Positions 37,873 to 48,514 of a stretch of 64,000 nt of DNA are shown here, one piece after another. The first letter of the stretch is position 1, and the number at the start of each line of letters is the position of its first letter. Source of the DNA: Promethearchaeota archaeon (GTDB lineage: Archaea > Asgardarchaeota > Lokiarchaeia > Sigyniarchaeales > SOKP01); the NCBI GenBank assembly GCA_008080735.1, contig SHMW01000010.1, positions 1-64,000 on the forward strand, written 5' to 3'. Both the position numbers and the translations under genes were made by a program. The notes under the pieces were generated by a model. That model saw nothing but the letters and a program-made list of their open reading frames with translations, made no database searches and was not told where the DNA came from.

Positions 37873-39153
37873 CTATCTATCTCTCTCGATTTCTTCGAGT
37901 GATTGACCTTTAGTTTCATAAGGCTTTATCAATAAGGATAGCATCGGTATAAGAATTATTATTCCTGCAACAATCCATAATGAAAACATACCTGGGTCTA
38001 AAGAAAATAATCCAAATGCAATTAAAGGTGCTGTAACGTATGATGATCTTGCTGCTGTGTTTGTAATTCCTACAGCTGTGGATCTTATTCTAGTTGGGAA
38101 GATTTCTCCGAAATAGACCATTATCCATGCTAATACTATTGGCATAAACAAGTAAATCATCCAGAAAAATATAGGAATTTGGGTTATGCCCAAAAAGAAG
38201 AAACCTATCGCTGCACCAATGCAGCCTACTAATAAGGTTCCAATTCTTCCTAATTTATCAAGTAACAATCCACCAATACCAGCACCGACCATAGTTAGTA
38301 AACCTCCTATTGTTAAATAAGTATCAAATGTATCATCTGAAATTCCCACGATATCCGTATAAAATTCTCCACCCCAGCTAGTCCCCATTTTGAACGATAT
38401 TGACCAGAGAGTATATACAATAGCGGATATAAGTACATAAACCCCATCTTTGCGTGTCATTGATTTTATTGCATCTCTTATTTTTAAATATTTCCCTCCA
38501 TGATCCTCTTTCCTACTTCGTTTCCATCTTTCAGTCTCATTCATAAAATAAAGAGGAATAAGAAGTATTAAGAATAAGAAAAACATTATTCCATATGCCC
38601 AATACCATCCAATGGAATTAGCTATTGGTCCAGCAACAAATGCATATATAGGTATTAAGCCTATAAGGAATGTTAAGCCCCCGTATAATCCACGTTTTTT
38701 TGGGGGAGATTCTTCAGTTATAGGAATTTGCCATGCATTTGATTGAGTCGCCATTATTGAAATTCCATACATAGTCATTACAAAAAAGAAATTCCAAGGA
38801 AGCAATCCTATAAAAAGACAAGGAATTGCTAATGTAGCCATAAGTAATAAGATACCTTTTCTTCTACCAAAAGCATCAAAGAACCATGCAATAAAGAAAA
38901 CACTGAATGAGATTATTCCAAAAATTGATTGCCAAAATGCGAATAAATCTTTATTTAACCATGGATAAAAATCTATGATCTCCGGTATTATCCTAGATTC
39001 AACGAGTGAAATAAAATTGTCCATGTTCCCAACTAAACCCATAAAAATCACTAGAAAAATCATATAGCTACGAGATCTTGGTTCAAAAGTTTTTAGTTCT
39101 TCTTCTTTTTTTTTTGCTAAAGCATCTAATTTTACCATAGATTCATTTTTCAA
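37873..39153 (-). CDS. MFS transporter (paralog of 36389..37666)
   Basis: DAFGRRKG, GEIFPTRIRSTA, ETKGQSLEEI. Confidence 0.9.
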   Translation of the reverse strand: MKNESMVKLDALAKKKEEELKTFEPRSRSYMIFLVIFMGLVGNMDNFISLVESRIIPEIIDFYPWLNKDLFAFWQSIFGIISFSVFFIAWFFDAFGRRKGILLLMATLAIPCLFIGLLPWNFFFVMTMYGISIMATQSNAWQIPITEESPPKKRGLYGGLTFLIGLIPIYAFVAGPIANSIGWYWAYGIMFFLFLILLIPLYFMNETERWKRSRKEDHGGKYLKIRDAIKSMTRKDGVYVLISAIVYTLWSISFKMGTSWGGEFYTDIVGISDDTFDTYLTIGGLLTMVGAGIGGLLLDKLGRIGTLLVGCIGAAIGFFFLGITQIPIFFWMIYLFMPIVLAWIMVYFGEIFPTRIRSTAVGITNTAARSSYVTAPLIAFGLFSLDPGMFSLWIVAGIIILIPMLSLLIKPYETKGQSLEEIERDR

Positions 39154-39449
39154 CTTAAAACTATATAAATGTTTTTCTTTTTTGAATAAAAATTAGAAAT
39201 AATGAGTATATTATATCTGAAATTTTCAAATAAAATACCAATTGACTTAAAAATGTCTGAGAAATTTTAAATTAAACAGAATATATGAACGGACACTCGT
39301 ATAAATTATTCCTAAGCTTAAGATTATATTAATAGACTGATTTTGTCGAAGATTCGCTTTTGGATTCTAAATTTATGATTGTATAAATACTACTAATTTT
39401 ATTAGGAACAAAGATATATCTTTCATAATACCCTAGCGAGGTATTTGAT

Positions 39450-40715
39450 GTGAAAAATAATAAAGTAAAAATCAATCCATGGAAAAGCGCGAAAAAAAAA
39501 CTTAAAATCGCCGCACGAGAATTACGTATGGATCCTAATACATTAAATTATCTAAATAAAGTGGAGCGTATCTTATCTGTGTCAATTCCGATTCTCATGG
39601 ATGACGGCACTTTAGAAATTTTTGAGGGATTTCGGTGTCATCACAGCACATTAAGGGGACCCGCGAAGGGTGGTGTGCGCTATTCCCCTAATGTCAACAT
39701 AGATGAGATAAAAGCATTAGCTTTTTTAATGACGTGCAAGACAGCACTTCTAAATCTGCCCTTAGGAGGATCTAAAGGGGGAATTCGGGTAGATCCAAAA
39801 CAATTGTCGAAAAAAGAATTAGAACGATTAACACGTCGCTATACTGCCGAAATTATTAATGTTATTGGCCCCGATTTAGATATCCCCGCACCAGATATGG
39901 GTACAGATGAACAAATTATGGCGTGGATATTTGACACGTATTCTATGCAGAAAGGGCATCCAGTTCCTGGTGTCTGTACAGGAAAACCCCCCGAGATAGG
40001 GGGATCTGTGGGAAGAACAGGAGCAGTTGGCACGGGAATGTTCTATGTGCTTGAGGAATTTTGCAGGAGAAAAAACTTAGATATCAGATCTATGTCTGTT
40101 GCAATTCAGGGATTTGGAAAGGTTGGAAAGGAAATTGCTAAAAAATTATATGATTCAGGATGTAAAATTGTAGCAGTAAGCGACACTAAAGGAGCGATTC
40201 TTGATCAAGAGGGACTTAATATAGATGATGTTATAGGGTGCAAGAATTCGGGAAATCCAGTGATTGAGTTTGAATCTAGAAATGGAGAACAAATTACTAA
40301 TAAAGATTTATTAGCTATGAAATGTGATATTCTATGCCCTTGTGCTACGGAAAACCAATTATATTCTGGAAACGCCGATGATGTCAAAGCACAAATAATT
40401 CTTGAGGGAGCTAATAGCCCTTCAACATCAAAGGCAGATAAGATATTTGAAGAAAAGGAAATTTGGGTTATTCCGGATATTTTAGCAAATAGTGGTGGGG
40501 TATGTATTAGTTATTTCGAATATGTACAAGATATCCAATCATATTCATGGGATTTGGAGAGAATTAATCGAGAAATGAGAACTGTGCTTTTAAAAGCTTT
40601 CGAGGAGGTATATAACTTATCTTTAGAAAGACGAATCTCTTTAAGAACTGCGGCATACATGATAGCGGGCAATAGATTAGCAAAAGCACATGAATGGAGG
40701 GATCTTTTTCCATAA
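39450..40715 (+). CDS. Glu/Leu/Phe/Val dehydrogenase-family protein (divergent GDH subunit)
   Basis: GPAKGGVRY, GGSKGG, DIPAPD, GFGKVG, EGAN, PDILANSGGV. Confidence 0.9.
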   Translation: MKNNKVKINPWKSAKKKLKIAARELRMDPNTLNYLNKVERILSVSIPILMDDGTLEIFEGFRCHHSTLRGPAKGGVRYSPNVNIDEIKALAFLMTCKTALLNLPLGGSKGGIRVDPKQLSKKELERLTRRYTAEIINVIGPDLDIPAPDMGTDEQIMAWIFDTYSMQKGHPVPGVCTGKPPEIGGSVGRTGAVGTGMFYVLEEFCRRKNLDIRSMSVAIQGFGKVGKEIAKKLYDSGCKIVAVSDTKGAILDQEGLNIDDVIGCKNSGNPVIEFESRNGEQITNKDLLAMKCDILCPCATENQLYSGNADDVKAQIILEGANSPSTSKADKIFEEKEIWVIPDILANSGGVCISYFEYVQDIQSYSWDLERINREMRTVLLKAFEEVYNLSLERRISLRTAAYMIAGNRLAKAHEWRDLFP

Positions 40716-40739
40716 AAATTATGAGAGGGGATTATAAAT

Positions 40740-41990
40740 ATGAGTATGAATCCATTTGAAATGGCTCAAAAACAAATAGACCTTGTTGCGGAATATATAG
40801 ATATCGATTCTAATATTCTTAGATTTATAAAACGAGTTGAGAGAGTACTAATGGTGTCTATTCCAATAATAATGGACGATGGAAGGTTGCAAATTTTTAA
40901 AGGGTATAGAGCACAACATTCAACCGTACGAGGAGCGGGAAAAGGAGGAATAAGATACTCTCCCGAAGTGAGCTTAGATGAGGTGAAAGCATTAGCTACA
41001 TGGATGACTTGGAAAACGAGTCTATTAAATTTACCATTAGGAGGAGCAAAAGGAGGGGTATTATGTGACCCCGCAAATTTATCTAAAAATGAAATTCAGC
41101 GCATTACAAGGAGGTACACCTCAGAAATAATAAACATAATTGGGCCACATTTAGATATTCCAGCGCCTGATGTCAATACAAATAAGGAGATTATGGGGTG
41201 GATTATGGACACCTACTCAATGAATAAAGGACGTCCAGTCCCTGGAGTCGTGACTGGAAAGCCTATCGAAATCGGTGGTTCAGTTGGCAGACAATCTGCG
41301 ACGGGAACAGGTCTTTTTTTTGTTTTAGAGGCTTTATGTCATAAATTAAATCGGGATTTGAAAGACCAAGAGATAGTCGTGCAGGGTTTCGGAAATGTGG
41401 GAGGAACTATTGCAGAATTGTTATATGAGAAAGGATGTAAGGTCTTAGCGATTTCAGATATCTCAGGAGGACTTTATTCAAATGAGGGGTTAAACATAAA
41501 TGAGTTAATTGAATGGAGAGACAAAGGGAAATCATTAAAGGAATATCCTAATGATCATTATAAGAAAATTTCGAACAATGACCTCCTTACAACTGAATGT
41601 GATGTTTTAATACCTGCTGCGGTTGAGAATCAAATTACTATTGACAATGCGGGAGATCTTAAATGCGATATAGTCTTGGAAGGTGCGAACGGTCCAACCA
41701 CTCCAGAAGCGGATGAGATTTTAAATAATAACAATATTTTGGTGATTCCCGACATACTTGCGAACTCAGGAGGCGTATGCGTCAGTTATTTTGAATATAT
41801 CCAAGATACCAGTTCCTACTTTTGGAGCTTAGAACGTATTAATAAGGAGTTAAAAAAAATTATATTAAATGCTTTTGAGGAGGTATGGACAATTTCACAA
41901 GAAAAACAAATTACCCCCAGAATTGCCGCATATATAATCGCTGTAAACCGAGTAGCAAAAGCTGTTGAATTAAGAGGTTTTTATCCTTAA
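40740..41990 (+). CDS. gdhA: Glutamate dehydrogenase
   Basis: GKGGIRY, MTWK, GGAKGG, PAPDVNT, TGKP..GGS.GR..ATG, GFGNVG. Confidence 0.9.
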   Translation: MSMNPFEMAQKQIDLVAEYIDIDSNILRFIKRVERVLMVSIPIIMDDGRLQIFKGYRAQHSTVRGAGKGGIRYSPEVSLDEVKALATWMTWKTSLLNLPLGGAKGGVLCDPANLSKNEIQRITRRYTSEIINIIGPHLDIPAPDVNTNKEIMGWIMDTYSMNKGRPVPGVVTGKPIEIGGSVGRQSATGTGLFFVLEALCHKLNRDLKDQEIVVQGFGNVGGTIAELLYEKGCKVLAISDISGGLYSNEGLNINELIEWRDKGKSLKEYPNDHYKKISNNDLLTTECDVLIPAAVENQITIDNAGDLKCDIVLEGANGPTTPEADEILNNNNILVIPDILANSGGVCVSYFEYIQDTSSYFWSLERINKELKKIILNAFEEVWTISQEKQITPRIAAYIIAVNRVAKAVELRGFYP

Positions 41991-42103
41991 ATTCGCGAAC
42001 TAATGTCAAGAATTTTAGCTTCTCAGAGGGATAGCAAAATATAAATAATTTAATTTTTATTATTTACTAAAAAAGTGCTGATAGCATAAAAGACCAGAGC
42101 GTT

Positions 42104-42442
42104 ATGAGCTTTTTTCCATTTATTGACTTTACCGGACCATTTATAATATTTGCCATAATTGGGATTGCCATATTTGTTATTTTTATCGTAATCATTATTG
42201 TCATTTTAAAATCCATATTCTCCAATAATAATTACAGTTCCAAAACATCGAGCACTCACCAGCCTTACGAACCTCAAGATCCTACACAAGTTTTAAATCC
42301 ATATAGGGCAAAACCAGAAAAAATTGAAAAGGAAAAAGAGAAAAAAGAAGCTTCCAAAGAACAACATAAATTCTGTCCTTTCTGTGGCGATAAAATACCC
42401 ACAAATGCAAAATTCTGTCCTTCTTGTGGGACTAAACAATAA
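42104..42442 (+). CDS. Single-TM protein with C-terminal zinc ribbon
   Basis: FCPFCG...AKFCPSCG. Confidence 0.8.
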   Translation: MSFFPFIDFTGPFIIFAIIGIAIFVIFIVIIIVILKSIFSNNNYSSKTSSTHQPYEPQDPTQVLNPYRAKPEKIEKEKEKKEASKEQHKFCPFCGDKIPTNAKFCPSCGTKQ

Positions 42443-42548
42443 CTTTTTCTATAATTGCTTGTTCTTTTTTAAAACTTTTATTATAAATTTCTTAATTTTA
42501 ATATTCTTTAATCCTCTAAATTTAATGGCACAAGTAGCTTTAAGAAAA

Positions 42549-43322
42549 TCAATAATCTAGAGAAAATAATTTGGTTATAATAGAATCGACCGAAGCGAGG
42601 GATTGAGCGTTCTCTGGTAGATCTATAAGTGGCTTTCCTTGTAGATCAAATTGAGATATTATCTCATCATCTGGGATTTTTCCAATCACTTGTAAGTCCA
42701 ACCTTGCAATATGATCCGTTAGAGTTTGAAAACTTCCCTTGACCTTGTTCAGAATTAATCCGATATACCTGGAGCTTGTAAATCTTTGTGCCGATTCTTT
42801 TATTGAACTCGCGGTCTTTATCCCTCTGACGGACATATCTGATATGATTAATACAATATCTACATTTCTTATCACTTTACGATTTATTTGCTCTAAACCT
42901 GCCTCACAATCAATTAATATGAAATCATAATCTTTAGAAATAGAATCTATAACATTTCTTAAAAGATTATTCAACGGACAAAAACATCCTTCAATTTTGG
43001 GTTGACCAATAGATAAGACTCCAAAAGATTTCGTCTCTTTCACGATATTATAGATTTTATAATCAATATTACGAGCAATTTTATCCACTTCTAAGGTTCT
43101 ATTTATTGATTCTTCAATTATTTCCGTTCTCACATCCTCAATGGTTTTTTCGGGAATCAGATTAACCATATAACTGAGATGTGGATGTGTGGGATCAGCA
43201 TCTATTAGGAGGAGTTTTTTATTATATTTCTCAGATAACAATTTCGCCAATAGTGTAGTCGTCACACTTTTTCCAGACCCACCTTTACCCGTAATTGCAA
43301 TAATTTTTGGACCAATTTCCAT
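42549..43322 (-). CDS. cooC: CooC/AcsF-type nickel-insertion ATPase
   Basis: GKGGSGKS, IDADP, GCFCP, DCEAGLE. Confidence 0.85.
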   Translation of the reverse strand: MEIGPKIIAITGKGGSGKSVTTTLLAKLLSEKYNKKLLLIDADPTHPHLSYMVNLIPEKTIEDVRTEIIEESINRTLEVDKIARNIDYKIYNIVKETKSFGVLSIGQPKIEGCFCPLNNLLRNVIDSISKDYDFILIDCEAGLEQINRKVIRNVDIVLIISDMSVRGIKTASSIKESAQRFTSSRYIGLILNKVKGSFQTLTDHIARLDLQVIGKIPDDEIISQFDLQGKPLIDLPENAQSLASVDSIITKLFSLDY

Positions 43323-43338
43323 TTCATATCCTACTCTT

Positions 43339-44112
43339 TTATTTTTCTATCTTCTTTCTTCTCTCTAGAATTTCTTGGATATTCTGGCATGCGGATATAT
43401 AGGGACATATTTCACATGCCCATTGATAGTCGCAGTCAATACGTTTCTTCCAATCTTCAATCTTTTTTTTCCATCGCTGATTCATCTCTGCTTTCATAGT
43501 TGAAACACACGTGAGGAATTCCGTGATAATTTGCTTATCCGAATTAATCATAAATACTTTCATAGAATTGATAAACCCCTCAAATCGTTTCTTATAGCTA
43601 TGTATTATAGCTTTACCAAAAAATTCAAACGAGAATCCTTTCTTAATTACTTCATCGCTTATTCTACTCCAAAATCGTCGTGGTATTGAGCGAATAGAAA
43701 ATCCTTCAATATCATTTGAGATGGAAGAGAAATGTCGTAGCTGAGTAAAAAGAGAATCATCCAATTGATCTGACTGAATCAAAATAAATATTCCGAAATT
43801 AATTGCTTTTGTATTGATTTGCTGAATTTCGTTCCCTAATACAAAAACCAAATCTCTATCATCATCTAACTTTTTGTTTGTAGGATAAATCAAAGAAAAT
43901 GAAGTATTTGACATTCCTCCGAGTTCTATTCCAAGTTCTTCTTTAAGAACTATCCCTTTGTTTTTGTCTATCTCAACACTTATTTCGCAATTTTTGAAAT
44001 AATTTGTTAGTGAATCATTTATTTCATACACACTAAGCGGTTGGGAAGATGTTTTTTTATCCTCAAAAAATACGATTATACGTGCGAGATGATCATTAAT
44101 ATTCACTATCAA
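43339..44112 (-). CDS. ACS/CODH-associated protein (CdhC-fragment-like) with C-terminal Cys motif
   Basis: GIELGG, RFWSRIS..GFSFEFFG, DCDYQWACEICPYISAC; upstream of cooC. Confidence 0.5.
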   Translation of the reverse strand: MIVNINDHLARIIVFFEDKKTSSQPLSVYEINDSLTNYFKNCEISVEIDKNKGIVLKEELGIELGGMSNTSFSLIYPTNKKLDDDRDLVFVLGNEIQQINTKAINFGIFILIQSDQLDDSLFTQLRHFSSISNDIEGFSIRSIPRRFWSRISDEVIKKGFSFEFFGKAIIHSYKKRFEGFINSMKVFMINSDKQIITEFLTCVSTMKAEMNQRWKKKIEDWKKRIDCDYQWACEICPYISACQNIQEILERRKKIEK

Positions 44113-44214
44113 TCAATCAGATTCATTTATATAAACTAATTTATTTAGAAAATAATTAAATATTTATAAATTAAAGATCAATTTAGTTGTATTAAAGTTT
44201 GGAGTTAAAAAACA

Positions 44215-44634
44215 ATGATTGAAATTCAACAACCCAAGGATCTTCTTTCTGTTTCTATTAAAAACATTTTAAGTTATAGAGATGAGAATGAACTGCAGAA
44301 ACTGATTAAAGATTATAATAAAAAAATCATAGTCGAGATAGAGAATTTTTATCCCTCTATGGTCCTATTCCAAGAAAATACTATTTCGTTCGATTTTGGA
44401 GAAGATCTTGGAAAAGCAGATTTGAAGATTAGAATGAGTTTGGATACTTTATTAGACCTTGCATATGGGAGATTAAGTCTCCCCAAAGCAATTCTAACCA
44501 GAAAATTAAGGATTAAAGGCATCTATAAACTAACAACAGTTCTTAGATTCAAGAAAATCTTTCTTGACACCCTTAAAATGGTCGCAAAAGAACCTAATCA
44601 AAATTACTATGAATTAAATCAAAATATCCGATAA
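44215..44634 (+). CDS. SCP2 sterol/lipid-binding domain protein
   Basis: ADLKIRMS..LLDLAYGRLS..AILTRKLRIKG. Confidence 0.7.
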   Translation: MIEIQQPKDLLSVSIKNILSYRDENELQKLIKDYNKKIIVEIENFYPSMVLFQENTISFDFGEDLGKADLKIRMSLDTLLDLAYGRLSLPKAILTRKLRIKGIYKLTTVLRFKKIFLDTLKMVAKEPNQNYYELNQNIR

Positions 44635-44648
44635 GTGGTGAGAAAAGA

Positions 44649-46130
44649 ATGACAATTACGAAAGAGAAAGAAGATTATAATGGTGTGAGTAAAGAGAAAG
44701 TCTATGAAAAACTCGTCCAAATCTTTGGGAGCACTAATATAAGTCAGAGGGCAGTGGATTTATATCCCTATTCCTATGATATGACTGAATGTGAACCTCA
44801 TATGCCCGATTTTGTAGTGATTCCGGAAAATAAGGAGCAACTTATTGAGTTAGTAAAGTTTTGTAATACAAATATCATTCCTATCGTTCCTTATATCACA
44901 GGAAACAATGTCGGAGGGCTAACTATACCCGAGAAAGGAGGTATCATCATTGATTTCAGCAAAAAAATGAATAAGATCCTCCATATTAACGAAAATATGA
45001 TGTATGCTCTATTAGAACCGGGCGTTACGTTTGGACAATTAAAAAAGCATTTGGACACGATCTATCCTCATTTGCGATATAGTTATCCGTATGCTCCGCC
45101 TTATGCGGGAGTAGTAGGGAATGCTATATTGAGTGGTATGAATAATCTATCGTGTAAGATTGGATCTATGGGTGACTCGATCAATGGTTTAGAAGTCATT
45201 ACCGCAGATGGACAAATAGCCAGGATAGGATCTTGTTTTTATGGAAAAGATGAGGCAGACAAGGATAGTTGGTTTTGTAGGTATCCCATGCCAGATCTGA
45301 TGGGAATATTTGTAAATTGGCAGGGGATGACTGGGCTCGTGACGAAATGTGCTGTTCAGCTTTGGCCGAATCCACCTTATAATAAAACATTTCTTGTTTT
45401 AGTTAAAGGATTAACGGATGTAGCACCAGTTATAAGAGAAGTAGGTAAAACTGATGTTGTTGATGACATTTCAGCCGTAAGTACCGAAGTAGTTAAAATG
45501 ACAGTAGAGATTCCAGAACCTGAAAAATATCCCGGTGAGCCTGATTTTGCCGCGCTTTTTCCCATTTCTGGAAAGACAAAAAAATTACTCGATGCGAAAA
45601 GTGAAATAGTTCTCGATAAATTGAATGAATTAAAAAAGAGTGGAAAAAATATTATCATCGCTGATGTGGATGAGTTTGCTAAAATTTTTAATTTACGTGT
45701 TCGATGTCATTTAGATCTTCCTGCGGTTCTATTATCCTTAGTGGAGTATTCTGGTCTCACTTGGTTTGGGTCCTATGCTCCCACACATAAATTAGAGCAT
45801 TTAATAAAAAATGTAGATGAAATATTTCATAAACATAACGTTCCATCGTTTGTATACATGAAAATTATGAAATCGGGTCATTATGGGATTTTCAGGCCTA
45901 TTATCCGATATAATAAATATAAAGAAGGAGAAGAAGAGCGAATCCATACACTATTAAATGAGATTACTGAATTTTGCATATCAGAGGGATGCATTCCCTA
46001 CAAAACACCAATTTGGATGACAGAAAAGATGCGAAAAAAAATTAATACTGGTTGGCTACATCTTTTTGAAAAGATTAAAAAATGCATGGATCCAAACGGA
46101 ATTTTCAATCCTGGGAGGTGGAATACTTAA
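44649..46130 (+). CDS. FAD-linked oxidoreductase (GlcD/alkyl-DHAP synthase-like, VAO family)
   Basis: YSYD..PDFVVIP, GGIIID, EPGVT, GLEV..DG, GMTGLVTK, IKKCMDPNGIFNPG. Confidence 0.85.
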   Translation: MTITKEKEDYNGVSKEKVYEKLVQIFGSTNISQRAVDLYPYSYDMTECEPHMPDFVVIPENKEQLIELVKFCNTNIIPIVPYITGNNVGGLTIPEKGGIIIDFSKKMNKILHINENMMYALLEPGVTFGQLKKHLDTIYPHLRYSYPYAPPYAGVVGNAILSGMNNLSCKIGSMGDSINGLEVITADGQIARIGSCFYGKDEADKDSWFCRYPMPDLMGIFVNWQGMTGLVTKCAVQLWPNPPYNKTFLVLVKGLTDVAPVIREVGKTDVVDDISAVSTEVVKMTVEIPEPEKYPGEPDFAALFPISGKTKKLLDAKSEIVLDKLNELKKSGKNIIIADVDEFAKIFNLRVRCHLDLPAVLLSLVEYSGLTWFGSYAPTHKLEHLIKNVDEIFHKHNVPSFVYMKIMKSGHYGIFRPIIRYNKYKEGEEERIHTLLNEITEFCISEGCIPYKTPIWMTEKMRKKINTGWLHLFEKIKKCMDPNGIFNPGRWNT

Positions 46131-47321
46131 ATGACCGAGATTAGCGTTCCAGAAGGTATAATGGGAAAAGAATATGTTCAGTTGGCCTTTGATCACTGCA
46201 TTAAATGTAGTACATGTAAATTTTCATATAAAGGATTTACGAGCTCATGTCCTTCAGGAGAAAATTTCCTTTTTGAATCCTTTTGGGCTTCAGGGAGAAT
46301 CAGAACCACGAGAGGGCTCTTATTAGGTGAGTTGGAGTGGACACAAGATTTAAAAGATGTGATTTTTGCATGTCCTACGTGTGGAGCGTGTATGGACGCG
46401 TGTCAAGCACCTCACGCAGATTATATTGTCGATATTATTGAATCTCTAAGAGAAGTGGCAGTAAAAGAGATCGGCCCCGCGGATAATCAAGAGAAATTAA
46501 TTGAGCGAGCAACCAATCCAGAAATGTGGAATCCCTATGGAGAACCCAATTCTGACAACGAAAAATTAAAGCAGGAATATAATTTGCCCGATAAAGCGGA
46601 ATGGGTATATTTCATCGGATGCACTTCTAATTATAGACAAAAATCTTTACGTGACGCAACATTAAGGTTATTAAAAAAGGCGGGAATAGATTTTACGCTA
46701 ATTGATGAGCACTGCTGTACCAGCCCGATGATAAGAACAGGACAAGTAGAAAATAGCAAAGAGTTTATGCGATATAATATAGAGAAAATAAACGAGGCGG
46801 GAGCGACGAAAGTCATAAGTTCTTGTGCGGGATGCTATCGAACATTGAAAAAAGATTTTGAAAAATTTGGAGAAGATTATGATTTTAAAGTATATCATAC
46901 GGTAGAATTACTGAAAAAACTTTTTGATGAGGGAAAACTAAAAATTAAATCAGACTATAACAAGGCAATTACCTATCATGATCCATGCCATTTAGGGAGA
47001 CATATGGGGATATATGAAATACCGCGAGAAGTCTATAAAAAAATCCCGGGAATAACATTTGTCGAAATGGAGAGAAATAGGAACCATTCATGGTGCTGTG
47101 GAGCGGGTGGTGGTGTGAAAATCGGATATCCGGATTGGGCGATAAACATCTCTAAAGAGAGACTTGACGAAGCAAATAAAACTGGAGCAGAGGTCATCTC
47201 TTCTACATGTCCGTTTTGCAAAACAAATCTTAGCGATGCGAATAATCAATTTGAGTATGGGTTTGAAGTCTTAGATTTAGTAGAAATCTTGGATTCATTA
47301 GAAATTGAAGTCTCAGATTAA
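46131..47321 (+). CDS. Fe-S/CCG-domain oxidoreductase (HdrD/GlpC-like)
   Basis: CIKCSTC, CPTCGACMDAC, HCC, CAGC, YHDPCHLGR, CCGAGGG, CPFC. Confidence 0.9.
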   Translation: MTEISVPEGIMGKEYVQLAFDHCIKCSTCKFSYKGFTSSCPSGENFLFESFWASGRIRTTRGLLLGELEWTQDLKDVIFACPTCGACMDACQAPHADYIVDIIESLREVAVKEIGPADNQEKLIERATNPEMWNPYGEPNSDNEKLKQEYNLPDKAEWVYFIGCTSNYRQKSLRDATLRLLKKAGIDFTLIDEHCCTSPMIRTGQVENSKEFMRYNIEKINEAGATKVISSCAGCYRTLKKDFEKFGEDYDFKVYHTVELLKKLFDEGKLKIKSDYNKAITYHDPCHLGRHMGIYEIPREVYKKIPGITFVEMERNRNHSWCCGAGGGVKIGYPDWAINISKERLDEANKTGAEVISSTCPFCKTNLSDANNQFEYGFEVLDLVEILDSLEIEVSD

Positions 47322-48514
47322 TTTTCTTTTTTCTTTTTAAGTTGTTCTTTCGCAACTAATAATTCAATTTTATCCTCTAATTCTTCGAATGTTAATTGTT
47401 CAACCTTATCATTATATCCAAGTTGTTTTAATTTTTCAATCTTTTTGGCACGTTCCTTTTCTGATTTTTTTTGTTTGAATTCTAAGAATCCTAAATGGTC
47501 GGTCTTGGCTCTTGATTTCGATTTTTCTTCCTCTGGCACTTTAGAGAGTAACTCTTTCACATCTCCCACACTTTCAAACTTTTCTTTCATTTCCCTCATT
47601 ATTTCAATTTGGACGTTCATCGATTTCGGATCCTTTTCCCCGCGAAATACCTTGGTTGTATTTGTCTCACTGAGTGAATATTTTTTATTTACAGAAGGAG
47701 GGGTTTTTGTCCCAGGGGGAGGATTCAGCTGAGTTGGAGATCCCGGAGCACCAGGCGGAGCTTGTAGATATACTGGATTTGATGGGGCTGAGGATTTATT
47801 TAACGCAATTTGTTTGATTGCAGAATTTAATTCTTTAATTTCAGTTTTTAATTCTGATAGTTCCCCAAACCCTTTCCTGACCATGTGTAAGGTTGTATCC
47901 CACGTTTTCTCCCCCTTCAATTCATGCCATTTACGATATTCAGACTCGGAAATGGTGATATGTTTCTTAGTCTGATTTGCTGTTCCCGATCTGCTTTTGA
48001 TGATATTTCGCGTTGAAGTCGCTTTTTGCATACTACTTTTTGATTTTGACTGTTGCTTAGATTTAGATTTATTAACACTTGTTTTTTTCTTATAAGAATA
48101 CCGGGTCTTTGTTTCATAGACTACTTCTTCTTCCATTATTTCAAGTGATTCTCCATCATCATATAAGATTTCTGACAATTGAAAAGATCTGTTGATAAAG
48201 ATTTCCTCTCTCTCTCCAGAGTAATAAAAAATCGTGAGACGAATAATTTTGATTTTAAGGTTTTCAATATCATTTAATTTGTCCAATTCAATTGAAAATG
48301 CAATAATATTCGCAGAAAAATGAAAGTCTTTAATTGATAATAAAAACGGTTCTTGAATGATATTAGGAGCCCTATCATGTACTTTTAGCAACTCAAACTT
48401 TATATTCATACTTTTGATATTATCGGGAAGTAAACGCTCCATATCCTCTTGATCTTTCTGGAACTTAAAAAGAAGTCTATTCTGATCTTCCCAACATAGT
48501 TGTAAGAGTTGCAT
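47318..48514 (-). CDS. Hypothetical protein: RHH-like motif, coiled coil and proline-rich segment
   Basis: KHITISESEYRKWHELKGEKTWD; LSELKTEIKELNSAIKQI; APPGAPGSP..NPPPGTKTPP. Confidence 0.6.
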   Translation of the reverse strand: MQLLQLCWEDQNRLLFKFQKDQEDMERLLPDNIKSMNIKFELLKVHDRAPNIIQEPFLLSIKDFHFSANIIAFSIELDKLNDIENLKIKIIRLTIFYYSGEREEIFINRSFQLSEILYDDGESLEIMEEEVVYETKTRYSYKKKTSVNKSKSKQQSKSKSSMQKATSTRNIIKSRSGTANQTKKHITISESEYRKWHELKGEKTWDTTLHMVRKGFGELSELKTEIKELNSAIKQIALNKSSAPSNPVYLQAPPGAPGSPTQLNPPPGTKTPPSVNKKYSLSETNTTKVFRGEKDPKSMNVQIEIMREMKEKFESVGDVKELLSKVPEEEKSKSRAKTDHLGFLEFKQKKSEKERAKKIEKLKQLGYNDKVEQLTFEELEDKIELLVAKEQLKKKKEN

